DNA of 64,000 nucleotides from NCBI RefSeq assembly GCF_009914755.1, contig NC_060929.1. One strand, given 5' to 3'. The translations under genes were made by a program, and so were the position numbers. This DNA comes from the human T2T-CHM13v2.0 reference genome, Homo sapiens. Of this stretch, positions 1-13,362 are shown piece after piece (position 1 is the first letter of the stretch; each line of letters opens with the position of its first letter). A model generated the notes under the pieces. It did not search any database, was not told the DNA's origin, and saw only the letters and a list, made by a program, of their open reading frames with translations.

Positions 1-435
1 CTTATCCCTTCAGGTTTCATTTATCTTTTTTGTCACTTTTCTTCCATCACTTCTATCACACTTCTTAGCCTTTACTCTAAAATGGGCTGCTGTTTATAAT
101 GACTCATTTACCAGAACATTTCTTTCGCTCAGGACAGAATTTTTAAGGTGGACAAGCAAAGCCTAAAGTCCCTTCCAGCCCTGCAATACTATGGGGTCTA
201 CACAGAAGTAGAAGACTGCTCTTCTCACTCATTGGCTTTGCTTCAACAAATGGTTCGGCTTCTGCCGTGATGAAGACCAGCTCACTCAAACCTTGGTTCC
301 TATGAAAGTAACTGAAGAGCTTCCAGAATACAATGATAGTCCCAAAGGGATCTGATGTGGCTGAGTAGGGCAACCTCAGAAACACCATCAGAAACAATGA
401 AAACCATACAACAAATGTGCTCATCATATACTTAC

Positions 436-563
436 AACCAGATCTCAAGTCTTCAGTCATCTCATCACATTTTGTTTGCTCGTAAAAGATGTGTGACAGG
501 CAAGGTCCATGACCCCTCTGCCCTCTTCATTTTCATAGACCACATTCTGTGTGAGATTCATTT
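436..563 (-). pseudogene. CEP192P1: CEP192-derived exon
   Basis: tttttag|...|gtaagt; QNVVYENEEGRGVMDLACHTSFTSKQN...DEMTEDLRSG vs CEP192 QSVVYQNEEGRWVTDLAYYTSFNSKQN...DEMNEDFRSG. Confidence 0.9.
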
Positions 564-1012
564 CTAAAAAACAGAATTCCAAAACTATCCATTGACACAT
601 GTAACAACTAAAATGATACGACATTCTCACATAATTGTTTTATCTAGATGACTGCCTTAATTACCAACAGCACTGAAATCTGCCCAAAATGTGTTGGAAA
701 AAGAAAAATCCATTTCCCCAAATGAAAATATCTCTTTTATGGCAGACAAGCCAGCTGTGCTCATGAAAACAAGTCAATAATTGAGACTGAGAAATAAAGA
801 AAAAAATGCTAAGACATAGAAAGGTACATTTCCACTAGAACTCTGATGAAAGGTACGATTTCTGAGCAATTCTCCCTATACTAGTATATTTGAAATTTTG
901 TCTGAACTATAAAACACTTAAATATTCCAACCTAAAAGACTGACACAGCCCACATGAATATACACCCTATCCAAAATGTACAAATATCTGTTTCTCTTTT
1001 TTTATAGTTACA

Positions 1013-1533
1013 ATGACAGTTTGTTATAAAGGATACAAATGAAGAGCCAGGTGAAGAGATACTCAGGGCAGCAAGGTCTGGAGGGGTCCAGGGTACAGAG
1101 CTTCTGTGCCCTCTCCAACTGGTCTGTCTGTCTAGCACATCAATAGATTCACCAACCAGGAAGCTCTCCAAGCCTTATTGCTGAGTTTTTATCTAGGTTT
1201 CATTTTATAGGTGTAATTGCTTAAATCATTGGCCATGTGACTGGGCTCAATTCTAGCCCCCTTCCTCTCCCCAGAGATTGGGAGGGTGAAAATTCCAACC
1301 CCCGAATTACATGATTGGTTTTTCTGGCAAACAGCCTTTATCCTGAAGCCATCCAGCCCATCTCCCCGCCCCACATCCATGAGCCATCTTGCTGGCATAA
1401 ATTCAGGTATGGTCCAAAGGGGTTTGTATGAGTAATGAAAGACACTCTTATTCAGGAAATTCCTAGGGTTTGTGAAGCTCTGTGTCAGGAACTCGGGAGA
1501 AAACCTAAATGTACTTTTAAAGTTTATACCACA
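1013..1533. mobile_element. MER21-like LTR fragment
   Basis: Motifs tataaaggatacaaatgaa...gagcttctgtgccc...gattcaccaaccaggaagctctcc...tcattggccatgtgactgggctcaa recalled as MER21 family. Confidence 0.6.
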
Positions 1534-2437
1534 AGCTTGGAATTTGGGAGTGGTTAGCACCTATTGGAAGTGGTTGGAATCTATCTAAAAGCCTCAGTCA
1601 AAAGTGAGAGGAAGAATTTGATTTTAACATCCTATTACAGTATGAAAGTGCAACAGAACTACTGCAACATAAATGTTAGTTCAGATAGGACAAATACGGC
1701 CTTTCAATTTGGGCATGATTCGTTTTAGATGTTCTTGGATTTTTTCATCAAGTTAGGTGTAAGTGAAAGGACATGAAGCAAATCAAAGAACTTGTTGAAA
1801 AATTGCATCCCTGATAACTAGCGACATATTTTTCATGTTTGTTATAAATACCCTGTAGGTACTGCCTCCAGTGAACCAATTTAAATAAGATTCCCTGGGT
1901 ATCGAAGCCGTGAGAACACGGGAATATATTGAGAAGGACATTTTCCTACTTTGAAAGGTTTGTACTTGGAATATATGTGCTTGTATATCTTAAAAGAGGT
2001 TAGGTAAGGAATAACTTATCTGTTAATAGGAATACCTGAGTCCTCCGCAATTCTGGTGGGGAAAAAGGGAGTGAGCAGAGAACCACTTAATAAAAGTGGA
2101 AAAACTGTAATAGTGTTCCTCTGAGACACATTTTTACTAAAAGTATATTTTCTTTTTGTTTGAAAATCAGAATCAAAGGCATATTTAACTACAGTGAAAA
2201 TAGCTGTTTTTAATCACTGAGTCTCTCAAATGTGACGTTACAAATTTAGATAACACAATAGTTTCTTCAAAGTAATATAAACCTAATTGTATTCACATGT
2301 TTACAGACAAGCAAAAGTGTTTTAGCATCTAGTGGCTCATTCAGGTGGAAGGCAGCTGTTCCTTAACTGCATCCTTTTAACCTTGATCAAAATGAAAACT
2401 TGTGTTTCTTTTATTCTGTTTTTTCAAGCCCACTTAC

Positions 2438-2770
2438 TGTCTTTTTTCAACGGACTCATGATATTCACGTGTTCTCTTTTCAGGAGTCGGTGACCGAAAG
2501 GTATTAGTGAAATTAATTCTATGGTCACTAACAGGCTTCAGAGACATTGTGTCCACATTTTCTTGAAGGGACACTGAAGGAGTCTCAGTGTGTAAACATC
2601 CATCCACGTCCAAAACTGTCTCCGCATCTGATGCCACGTGCTTATGCTGGTGAGGAGACTGTGCCTCCTTGCACAGGGTCAGTCAGGTCAAAACCACCTT
2701 TGTGGGCATTTGCATCATGAAAATGAACAGAGCTGAGGGTCTTCACCGGAACATACTTTCTTGCATTTTC
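2438..2770 (-). pseudogene. CEP192P1: CEP192-derived exon
   Basis: ttaaag|...|gtaagt; HFHDANAHKGGFDLTDPV then (frameshift) TVLDVDGCLHTETPSVSLQENVDTMSLKPVSDHRINFT vs CEP192 NFHDANANRGGFDLTDPV / TVLHMDGCLDTETPTVSIQENVDVASLKPISDSGINFT; includes ORF 2434..2637. Confidence 0.92.
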
Positions 2771-3664
2771 CTTTAAGAGAGAATCAGTAACAGAGCAATA
2801 ATAAGTTTTATGTTTCATAACTCATACTAAAATTTATGGGAAAATTATATAGTTGATATAAAAGTTGTATTATTTGAAGGAACAATATACACTCTTGACT
2901 GTATTCCAGACTACATGTGAACCAAACATAAGCAGCTGACCAAACCAAAAGCTATGATGTGGTCATGAAAAACACACACATCGACGGATTCAGATGCTGA
3001 AAGTGGCCTCAGGTTCCATTACATCAGGGCTCCCAACCCCTGGGCCCCAGATATCAACAGGTTCAGATACCAAAGTGGGTCTTGTGTATCCGTTTCATGA
3101 GAGAATGATAGAAATGTCAGCTTAACTTTTATCATGACCCACCAATGTCTCTACAAGGGTGGTCAGCCCATTAGTGTGACCAACCTCCTAAAGTTAATAC
3201 GAGTAACGGCCCCTGAAAACACAGATATTAGTGTCTCTTCGTAGGAGTAAAATAGTGGATACTACAAATGCCCCTGAGCAGTCCAATAAAATTTGTAGCA
3301 GACACAGCAAATTTAGCCAGTGCCTTAAAATTACGCTCTCCATCACATCTTTCCAAGTGGCACGTCTTAGTCTCTCCTAAAATTGTAACTGCTGAAAAGG
3401 GGCTCAGATGTCTTCAGTACTGCTTGTGGACATTTGGCTGTCACCGTGGTCTCAAGGACCAATAAAACCTATTAACAGCAGCCCCTTCTGCTGTAAGATG
3501 AGCAAGAAAGGGAACGACCTGATAAGGCTCAGCTTCCGGAAGTTACAACATTAAAATGCTAAATAAAGCATGCTGACGTAAAGATTGAGATGTGAAAGTA
3601 TTAGAAGAAGATACAGATTAATTAGCTTATAGTCTTCAGTAGATAACATCTAAGTATAATACTC

Positions 3665-4122
3665 TAATGGTCTGAACTGTGTCCCTCCAAAAAGATACAT
3701 TCAAGTCCTGAGCCTGGTAACTATAAATTGTCATATTATTATTCTAGAACAAGGTGTTTGCAGATGCAATTTACTTAAGAATCTTCAGATGAGGTCTTCC
3801 TGGATTTGGGGTGGATCTTAAGCACAATGACCAATGTCCTTATCAGAGAAAAGAAGGAAAATTTTCAGACAGAGACATCAAGGCCAAGTGAACAGAAAGA
3901 CAAGAATGGAATGATGCTGCTACAAGCCAAGGAATGTCAGGAGCCACCAGAAGCTGAGACAGCCAGGGGGGATTTTCCTCTAGAGCCTTTGGAGGGAGCA
4001 CCACCCTGTCAATATCTTGATTTCAAACTTTTGGCTTCCAGAAACCTGAGGGAATAAATTTCTGTTGTTTTAGGCCAGCATGACTGTGGTAATTTGTTCT
4101 GGCAAGCCTAGGAAACTGACAT
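3665..4122. mobile_element. MLT1 (MaLR) LTR
   Basis: Typical MLT1 text: caagccaaggaatgtcaggagccaccagaagctg...ctagagcctttggagggagc...ataaatttctgttgttttagg...gcaagcctaggaaactgacatac. Confidence 0.8.
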
Positions 4123-4369
4123 ACATTAAAGGCTGAAATGCATAAAGATCAATATATTTCCATAACATAGAAACCTCACAAAACTGATAGTTAAGATATG
4201 AATACCCCAATAGAAAAAGGACAAAGATGACAAAGAAACACCATGTAAAACTAGACAACTACTTTTCATATACGACACTTGCAAAGATGAAAAAGAAGCA
4301 CAATGTGAAAAACCAGCTGTCTCGCCCGCAAAGCAACTTGAAATAATCTTGAATGAAAAATGCAGTTGT

Positions 4370-7300
4370 AACTTCTAGCTTCCAGTTCTGCACATCAAGA
4401 GCTTGGAAGTCAACACTCCATCCCAACAACAAGTAAAAAGATGAACAAACTGACAAGTCAACAATTCTTCTGAGATCTCTGAGAGAAGTGAAGTCACGGC
4501 ACAAACCACCGCCTCCAAAGCTGGAGAGAGAGATAGATGAATGCAGAGAATTATAACATATGGGAGCATAAACTCCCAAGCAGAGGCCCCCACAGTAGCC
4601 ACAGCCAGCGTAGGAAAGCCGGAAATGCAATCGAGGAACTGCTGCATGCTCAGTGTGGAAAAGTCTGAGGCTTAAAAACTCCAGGCCGGGCGCGGTGGCT
4701 CACGCCTGTAATCCCAGCACTTTGGGAGGCCGAGGCGGGCAGATCACGAGGTCAGGAGATCGAGACCACCCTGGCTAATACGGTGAAACCCTGTCTCTAC
4801 TAAAAAACACAAAACAAAACAAAACAAAACAAAACAAAAAACTCCAGGGGGCCCAGTCATAGGTGGGCCCCTATGCTTTTGTGAGTTTTATCTCCAGGAA
4901 CATGACCAGGTTCTCACAGCAAATATTGGAGAAAAATCCCTCTGGACTTCCAGCAGGGAGGGGGAAAGGGGCCACTTTGAAATATGACATGGCACTTTGT
5001 TCTTAATTAGGTCAGTCCTCAGGAAAACTGACTAACCAGAGCCTAACCTGCTGGGGTTTTAGCTGAGCCTAACTAGCCTAGAGGAAGGGAAATACCCAAC
5101 TCCAGTTCCCTCTAGCCACCCTGTTCAACCTGAGAGGGAGAAAGACCGAGACACACTTGTGAAGTGCACAGTCCAAAGGCACAGGCTCACTGAAAGACTG
5201 AGACCACATCCCAGAACTGTGGAATGCTTCCCCTCTCCAACGTTTTACCGCAACATGTTGAAAGCTGTTCTTTTTACTTAATATATGGTGTCCAGCTAGC
5301 AAGAGAAAGTTACAATTTAGAAAAAGGTGAAAAACACAGTTATATTAAGCACATTATGCTTAGGAATTAGAAATCTTTTGTTACTATGAGGTACTCAAAC
5401 TACTGTGGAAGCAGGATAATGTCATTTGAAAGTGAGCATGGATTAATTATTGATGTATGTTGCAAATACTAGAGCAACCACTAAAAAAGTGGAAACAAAG
5501 AATTATGTCTCATATGCTAAAAAAGAGAAAATGGAATCATATAAAATGCTGAACTAAAACCATGTAAAGCTAAAACCCCTCAAAAACGCATTTAGTTCAT
5601 CTTCTTAGATCCATGAAATATATATATTATATAGATAACCTTAAACATTTAAATTAGTTAGATTTTCCAAACCAAATTCTGATTATTTGCCTATAACGTT
5701 AGAAATGAAAAGATAACAAGAAGTGACATTAGGAAAGAAGGCAAAGTAGAAAGTGCCAGAAATGTGTGTCTCCACCTAGTCAACAACCATAGTGTACTGA
5801 AAAAAGACTCTCTGGAGTAACTGTTAGAACTCTGAGGTCTCTTTGAACACTTCCAGCTACCAGGGAAAAAGCTTAGCTGGTAAAGTGCAGTTAATGTGGA
5901 CCAACTTCAGGCTTCAGCATAACAGTGGCTACCCAGCCCCAGGCTCACGGCCAACAAGTGTAGAGAAAGTAATCTGTGTTTCTAGGGCAGATGGCTGGAG
6001 CCACATTTGGCAATAGAACCTTGCCTCCGCTTTATCAGGGTTCTATGTCCTGACTGCAAATTGCTGCTTCTGATTGCCCGGGATAGGTACACAGAAGCTG
6101 CCCATCACTGTTTCAAACCCACTGGCTGAAGCAGCCTTTAGGAGACTTAAAGGAGCTGCATTTCTTTTCTTTCTTTTTTCTTTTTTTTTTTTTTTTTTTT
6201 TGGTATTCAAAAATCAAACAGCATGTAAAAAAAAAGTATTCACCATAACCAGGATACACCATTCCTGGGCTGTATCCCAGGAATGACAATGTGGTTCAAC
6301 ATAAGAAAGCCAATAAATGTAATAAATCACATTAATAAAACTATATGATCACCTTAAACAATGCAAAAAAAAAAAGGCATTTGACAAAATCCAACACCTT
6401 TTTATAATAGAAACTCTCAGAAAACTAGAAATAGAAGGGAAATTCCTCAACATGATAAAGGGTATTTGTTTTAATCTACAGCTAACATCATACTGAATGA
6501 TAAAGATGGAAAGTTATCCCTATAAGATTAGGAACAAGAAATGATGCCTGCTTAAATTGCTGCTACTGAATAGTGTACTGGAAATCACAGACAGCGATTA
6601 GAAGGAAAAGAAATAAAAGGCATGCAAATTGGAAAGAGTTGTAAAAGTATCTCTCTCTGCAGATTACATCATCCTATATGCATAAAATCCCAAAGAATCC
6701 ACAAGAGAGCTACTGGAGCTAGTAAATAAATTCAACATTGAAGGGCACAAGATCGATACACAGAAATCAGGCGTTTCTAAACACCAATAATAAACAATCT
6801 AAAATATAAATTAAGAAAGTGATTCCATTTATAATAGCATCTAAAAAAATTAAGTACTTCGGAATAAGTTTAGTCAAGGAAGCAAAAGACATGCTGAAAA
6901 CTACAAAACACTGTTAAAAGAAAGAAAACCTAAACAAATGGAAAGGCATCCATCCTGTGTGTTGATGAAGGCTTAATCCTTTACAACGTTGAATTTCACA
7001 ACTTCGTGGATATGACAACAAAAGCACAGGGAGCAAAAGAAAACATAGATAATAACACTATATCGTAATTAAAAATTTTCGCACATGAAAGACTAATATC
7101 AAGAAAGTGAAAGACAACCTACAGAATGAAATATTTATAAATCATATATCTGTTAAGGAATTAATATCCAGATGACATAAAGAACTCTACAATTCAACAA
7201 CAAAAAGCCAAACAACTCAATTAAAAACTGAGCAAAGGACTTAAATGAACAGCTCCCCAAGGAAGTCATACAAATGGCCAATAATTACATGAAAAGATGC

Positions 7301-7865
7301 TCAACATCACTAGTCATCAGGGAAATGCAAATCCAAACCACAGTGATGTACCACCACCTCACACCTATTGGGATAACGATAATAAAAAGAAGGGGGTAAA
7401 AGTGTCATTTAGGATGTGGAGAAGTTGGAACCCTGCCGTTTTGCTGGTGGATGGAAACTGGTGCAGCTGCTGGAGAAAACAGCGTGGCAGTTCCTCAAAA
7501 CATTAAGCATAGAGCTACCACAGGACCCAGCAATTTCACCTCTGCATATATATTTAAATAAACTGAAAGCAGGGACTTGCACAGGTATTTGTACACCAAT
7601 ATTCACAGCAGCATTATACTCAAAAGCCAGAAGACTCAAAACATCCAACTGCCCATTGACAGATGAAGAGAGAAAAAAAGTCATATATACAATGGAATAT
7701 TATTCAACCATAAAAAATGACATTTTGACATATGCTACAACATGAGTAGACCTTGAAGACATCGTGCTAAATGAAATAAGCCAGAATAGGAAAGCCAAAT
7801 GTTGTATGATTCCCCTCACATGAGGTTACCCAGAGTAGGCAAATTTATCAAGACAGAAAGTGAGA
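4370..7865 (+). mobile_element. Old L1 (L1M-type) fragments, including ORF2 3' part and 3' UTR
   Basis: L1 ORF2-like stretches at 6260-7860 (gcatttgacaaaatccaacacc, atgctcaacatcactagtcatcagggaaatgcaaatc, caggacccagcaatttcacc); heavily decayed; boundaries approximate. Confidence 0.75.
4684..4840 (+). mobile_element. AluY-like left monomer with (CAAAA)n tail
   Basis: ggccgggcgcggtggctcacgcc...gatcgagaccaccctggctaatacgg...tctctactaaaa; flanked by direct repeat aaaaactcca. Confidence 0.9.
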
Positions 7866-8239
7866 AAGAAATTTGCTTAGTATGGTAGCTTGTATTTCTA
7901 AGTTCTGTAGAGGTCATACAATAAGGAAGGCAGGCTACTTATTAAATCAAGGACACAATATGGTTCTCTCAGTTAACACAAACTGCATGGCCTCAAATTA
8001 GGGGAATAATCATCACTTTATAAAGTAATGTATTTTAAGGCTGACCTACAGGTAGAGATTTTTATGCCACCCAAGCAATCAAGCTTTGATGTGGATGTTC
8101 ATTCCACATTCTGCCCTGATCCTCAGCTGCCAGAGGTGAGGCTGCACTGGCCTCCACACTACCTGCCTCCCTTCACGGCTTCAGGATCAGAGAGCTGGGA
8201 GGCTCCTACATACGCGGACATCTTATGGATTTAACACTT

Positions 8240-8556
8240 TCTTTTTTTGTTGTTTGTTTGTTTGGCTTTTTCTTTTTTTTTTCTAAAGACAGGGTATTGC
8301 TCTGGAGTGCTGTGCTTAGGTCATAGCTTTCTGTAGCCTCCAACTCCTGGGCTCAAGTGATCCTTCTGCCTCAGCCTCCCAAGTAGCTAGGAATACAGGC
8401 ATGCAGTACCACATCCAGCTAGTTTTTAAATTTTTTGTAGAGACAGGGTCCTGCTATGTTGCCCAGGCTGGTCTCAAACTCCTGGCATCAAGCAACCCTC
8501 ATGCCTCCACCTCCAAAGGTGCTGAGATTACAGGAGTGAGCCATCATGCCTGGTCC
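8240..8556 (-). mobile_element. Alu (J-like)
   Basis: Antisense Alu with poly-T head. Confidence 0.85.
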
Positions 8557-9084
8557 AGGTTAAATACTTTCTTCGGAGATGGACTAGAAATGGATCATCA
8601 GAAATTATGTTTGTACTCACACATGAAGAATTCCAACAGCCAAAAATTTTTAGAACTCAATCAGAACTTGAGAACTTCTCTCAGTAGGCGCTACATGATC
8701 CAATGACGCGGATTCTGCTTTAATCAAGTTATTTTACAGTTATCCAAGTATTTCTTTTATTTTCCTACTAAGTTTTCAGAAGGGAGATTATCTACATATG
8801 ACCTACACCACCAAGCAGCACACCTATCACTCAGAAGGCTCCTGATCATTCTCTCATTTGAAACAACCTGACCAAGATTCCCCAACAATTTGTGAGACTC
8901 AACCGTATTCAAACTAAATATATTGTTTTCAATAGTCATTTATCAAATAGTTGCCGTACTATAGCAGAACAAGATCTTAGCCCAAAATTAAGTCACCACA
9001 GATTGACCTATTTATAAAGCTTATCAACAATCACATTTTGACAAAAATCAAAACTAATAGATGCTATCTCTCTTCTGTTTTTCC

Positions 9085-9335
9085 TTTTGTGAGATAGGGT
9101 CTCACTCTGTCACTGCAGCCTCCACCTCCTGCGCCCAAGTGATCCTCCCGCCTAAGCCTCCCAAGTAGCTGGGACTATAGGCATGCTGTGCATGTGTGTG
9201 TGTGTCTGTGTGTGTGTGTGTCTGTGTGTAGAGACAGGGTCTCCCAGGCTGTCTTGAACTCCTGGGCTCAAGCAATCCCCCTGCCTTATCCTACCAAACT
9301 GCTAGAATTACAGGTATGAGCCACCATGCCTGGCC
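9085..9335 (-). mobile_element. Alu (J-like) with internal (TG)n
   Basis: Antisense Alu; linker replaced by a TG microsatellite at about 9193-9229. Confidence 0.85.
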
Positions 9336-10639
9336 TGTTATCTCTTTCTTATTCCTAATTTGCTACCTCCAACTGGCTGAGGGCTGGAAATCCATTAACT
9401 AAATAGATTAAAATTACAAAACTCTGCACTGTTGCCTACACATACACATCAATGGTATCGCACATCACGGTTACACACATGTCCCAGTGTCTACAGCACA
9501 GCACTGGGAGGAAAACCCACGGACTCTGGAACACTCATCCTGGCTGCCTGAGAAAATGCCTTTGTATTTTATTTCTATGTAACTGCTTCCTCTGGTTAAT
9601 TACAAATTCTTGAAGCTGCTGAATAGGCAACTTCTAGGTAAGTGATGCATTTCTACCCATAATAAAGTACTATACTGTGGAATACAGTTACTCTAATAGG
9701 AGTTCAGATCAGTTCATGTAGTCTAAAATGATTAAAAAGTAACTCAAGACATGACCAAAGACTGGAAAGATGGTTATAATTTGGATTAGGGACAGAAGAG
9801 AGAAAAATGTAGAAAGTAAAAGAGACAGATAATGTGGGACCAGATGAAACAATACCTTAAGAACTGTTAATATGAAACATAGGGACATAGAGAATATTAT
9901 ACACAAAAAAAGCCACTGTAACAAGATTAATCTGCTGCTTTCAAGCATGACGGAGTAGTGAGACACTGTAGATGGGGCAATGAATTAGATGTGTTAATTA
10001 GCACCTTGAACTTGAATTGGTGTAAATGAAATAAACAAGAAAGAAAAATCTTTAAGGCAAGGCTTGAGGCTGTACTGACAGGATTTAGGCCTTCTGAACC
10101 TCATCTCCCTTAAGATGACAATCCTGTCTCTTGCTGCTTTAGTCCACTCATAGAATTCTGTGAGGATGGAATGACTGTCTCCATAGCACACACACTCCCT
10201 CCAAATAGTAAACGCCATTCTACAGTCGTGAGTCGTACATTACTAACAAAGGGCATAATGAATAGGTAAGGGTCAGAAATGCTGACCAAGTCTCAAGCAC
10301 AGAAAAAATGGGGTGGTATTAACCAACAGAAAAAACAGAAACAATGAAAAACAAATACGCTTGAGCGAGGTAAAAGGTCTGTTTGCTTTTTATTTAATGT
10401 CTTGACATTGGGCCAAAGAACTTTCCACATGAATGATCTAAACACAAGACATTAAATATTTAAATGTAAGAAAATTATGTGAAAGAAACTTACATACAGA
10501 AACATTATTGTAGTAATTTTTTATACTTTTTCTATAGTTTTCAGATGTCAACAGGAATTGTTTCTTTGAAAAAAACTGGTATCATACAAACACAAAAGAC
10601 TCCTTATGCCCTTCATAGGACATCTAAAGCATAACTTAC

Positions 10640-10761
10640 CCTGCTAAGGTCTGGAAATACCATTCACATTTTTCTGCCATTTCTTTCTCAATTATCCAAG
10701 CACTAGAGGGAAATGGCATGATCTGTGTGCCTTCTACTACCTCCAGTAACTACAAAATTAC
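10640..10761 (-). pseudogene. CEP192P1: CEP192-derived exon
   Basis: tttttcag|...|gtaagt; NFVVTGGSRRHTD... vs CEP192 NSIGTGDSRRYTDGMLPFSSGTWGTEKE; frameshifted. Confidence 0.85.
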
Positions 10762-11237
10762 CTGAAAAATACAGTTAATGGAGCAACGTCCAATCTGAGC
10801 AATCTAATATAATAACTGCATCCTTCTTGTCAAATCATTCTTTTATGTAAACCTAATACTTGGCATTCATATGACAAACTCCACAATTTGCATAGAGAGA
10901 AAATACACAACAGTAAGAGGCAATAATAAACATGATAAACTACTACCATATGAGAGAATTCACAGCTAATTCTCGATGTCTGGGTAGAATACAATCATTC
11001 ATAACATTCAGCCCAAGAAATACAGACTATGGTATTTCTAATAACACCAATTACCCAGGTATTCTTAAAAGTTCTTTTGAAAAGTTTTAGACTTGAGGGA
11101 GTGGAAAAGGGTTAATACATGCTAAATCATACCAAAGAAATAATTTTTTAAAGGTGAAGTCAAACTTAGAATTTAAGAACAAAAGAACTGTTTCGTACTT
11201 ACTAGTCCCAGGGAGACAAATAAACTGGCCCACTTAC

Positions 11238-11358
11238 CAGTGAGAACTGCTTCCTCAGGCTCTTCGTGAGTTGTTTCAGAGGAGTGTGAGCCCTGGGAAA
11301 TCCAAGAGCTGTTAGTTTCTGATTGAAACTTAGAGTTTAAACTGCGGTTTTTATTTGC
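11238..11358 (-). pseudogene. CEP192P1: CEP192-derived exon
   Basis: caacag|...|gtaagt; ANKNRSLNSKFQSETNSSWISQGSHSSETTHEEPEE vs CEP192 ANENGSLNCKFQSENNSSLISLDSHSSETTHKESEE. Confidence 0.92.
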
Positions 11359-12505
11359 CTGTTGAAAGAATATCCTGGCTGTATTAATCTTTTAAATTAA
11401 AATTGAACATTTTCAAGGGGCAAATGTAGGGAATAGGCCATGTCTGCTTCACTGAATAACGCAGGCAGTCAATGTAGAAGGAATTCAAGAAATTGCCACC
11501 GTCACCGTGAGTGTAATCAACGTTTCCCAGAGGCTTCAGCAGTGGCACTGAAACCAGCTCTGAAGGGTTGTCAGGGAACAGGATGTTCACAGGGCTTTCA
11601 TGTCTCATCCCACAGATGACTGACTAATAACAAAGGGGAAAGGCTACCTTCACAAAGAGATGCCTAGCTGACTCCACCTTGGCCAAAATTACCAAATACA
11701 GCATCACAAATTATGGGACAGACAGACTCAAACGTCTCCTGGTGTGAGGCACTAAGAAGTACACCACGCTGCCCATGTTTAATCTGAATCCACTCATTAG
11801 GAAACTGTTTAATCTGTATTCTTGCAAAAATGCTTAATCTCATCTAGTCCAGGCAGGGGAGCAATCAGATGTATCTAGATTGCGAATCACTCTGAAAAAC
11901 AAAGAGCCTAGATTTTACAAAATGTTTCACACGTCATGAAAGAATGACTCCAAATTAAAAGAGAATACAGAAATATGACAACCAAAGGCGAGGTTAATCT
12001 CTGATTAAACTGTGGATCGAAAACAATACAAATAAAGGACATTTGGGAGATAATCACATAAATTTCAATGTGGATGGTATATTAATTTAAATTATTGTAT
12101 CAAAGTTAGATAATAGAATTGTGATTATGGAGAAAGATGTCCTGATTCACAAGAGATAGATGCTGAAGTATTGGGGTAAAATGTCATGTTCTCTGCAATT
12201 TACTTTCAAATGACTCAGGGAAGAAAGTATGAAGACAGAAAAAACGCAAAGGTGGCAAACACTAGCAACTGGTGAATCTGGATGAAGAATATGTAAATCT
12301 CCATTGTGTTAGCCTTTGAATTTTCTGTAGGTTGAGCGAGAGGTAGGAAGAAGGAAGAAAAGGCAGGCATTCCTCATTAATTCATACCTGGAAAAAATGG
12401 AGTCCAAAGACAACCAGAGGCTTAAATTTCATGTGAACATCCAATGAGGACGATAGTGATTTTCTAATGCCAAATTTCGGAAAAGCCATAAAGACTGGAA
12501 CATTC

Positions 12506-12664
12506 CTGACTAGGAGCACTTGCAGGTAATGTCCAGTCTTTTTCCGGAGGCTCCAGTCCTTCTAGATCTTCATATGTTTAATACCATCACTCATGGAATT
12601 GCCAGTTATTCAAAATAAGCCTTTAAATGATCATCATCAAACATTTCATCATCAATATCATCAT
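12506..12664 (-). pseudogene. CEP192P1: CEP192-derived exon (acidic PLK4-binding region)
   Basis: caatag|; DDIDDEMFDDDHLKAYFE*LAIP*...YEDLEGLEPPEKDWTLPASAPSQ vs CEP192 DDIDDEMFYDDHLEAYFEQLAIPGMIYEDLEGPEPPEKGFKLPTNGLRQ; two stops, a small insertion, and the donor position reads GA rather than GT. Confidence 0.92.
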
Positions 12665-12877
12665 CTATTGATAAAACTTAGGAAAAAATAGGACACACTT
12701 TAAAGCGTTGACTATACAATAATTTGTAATAAAAAGGCTGGTAAGACATAAGTGAGTCAATGAACTATATGATTTTGTTTTTACATTTGACATGAGAAAA
12801 CTCAATTATAACTCATTATGAAAATAATATTTAACCTCTTTGAGAGGACATGAAAGAAAGATCCTGGCATGTTATCA

Positions 12878-13187
<310 letters not shown>

Positions 13188-13257
13188 AATGTGATAAATG
13201 TGGCATCATAAATAAATGGGAAGAGAGCAGCAGGCTCTTCAGAAAATGAGAGCCTAT

Positions 13258-13362
13258 CATAGGAGAAGTAAAAGGAAGAAAGGGAAGAACCAAGGAAGAG
13301 AGAGGGGGAGGGAGGGAGGGGAAGGGAGGGAGAGCAGGGGGGAGGGAGGGAGAGAAAGAGGA
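13258..13362. repeat. Purine-rich (GA) low-complexity tract
   Basis: About 100 bp of nearly pure A/G including (GGGA)n. Confidence 0.8.

Noticed and set aside
3060-3480. Possible decayed ERVL pol fragment
   Set aside because: Resemblance too faint to support by eye; needs a Dfam or BLASTX search.
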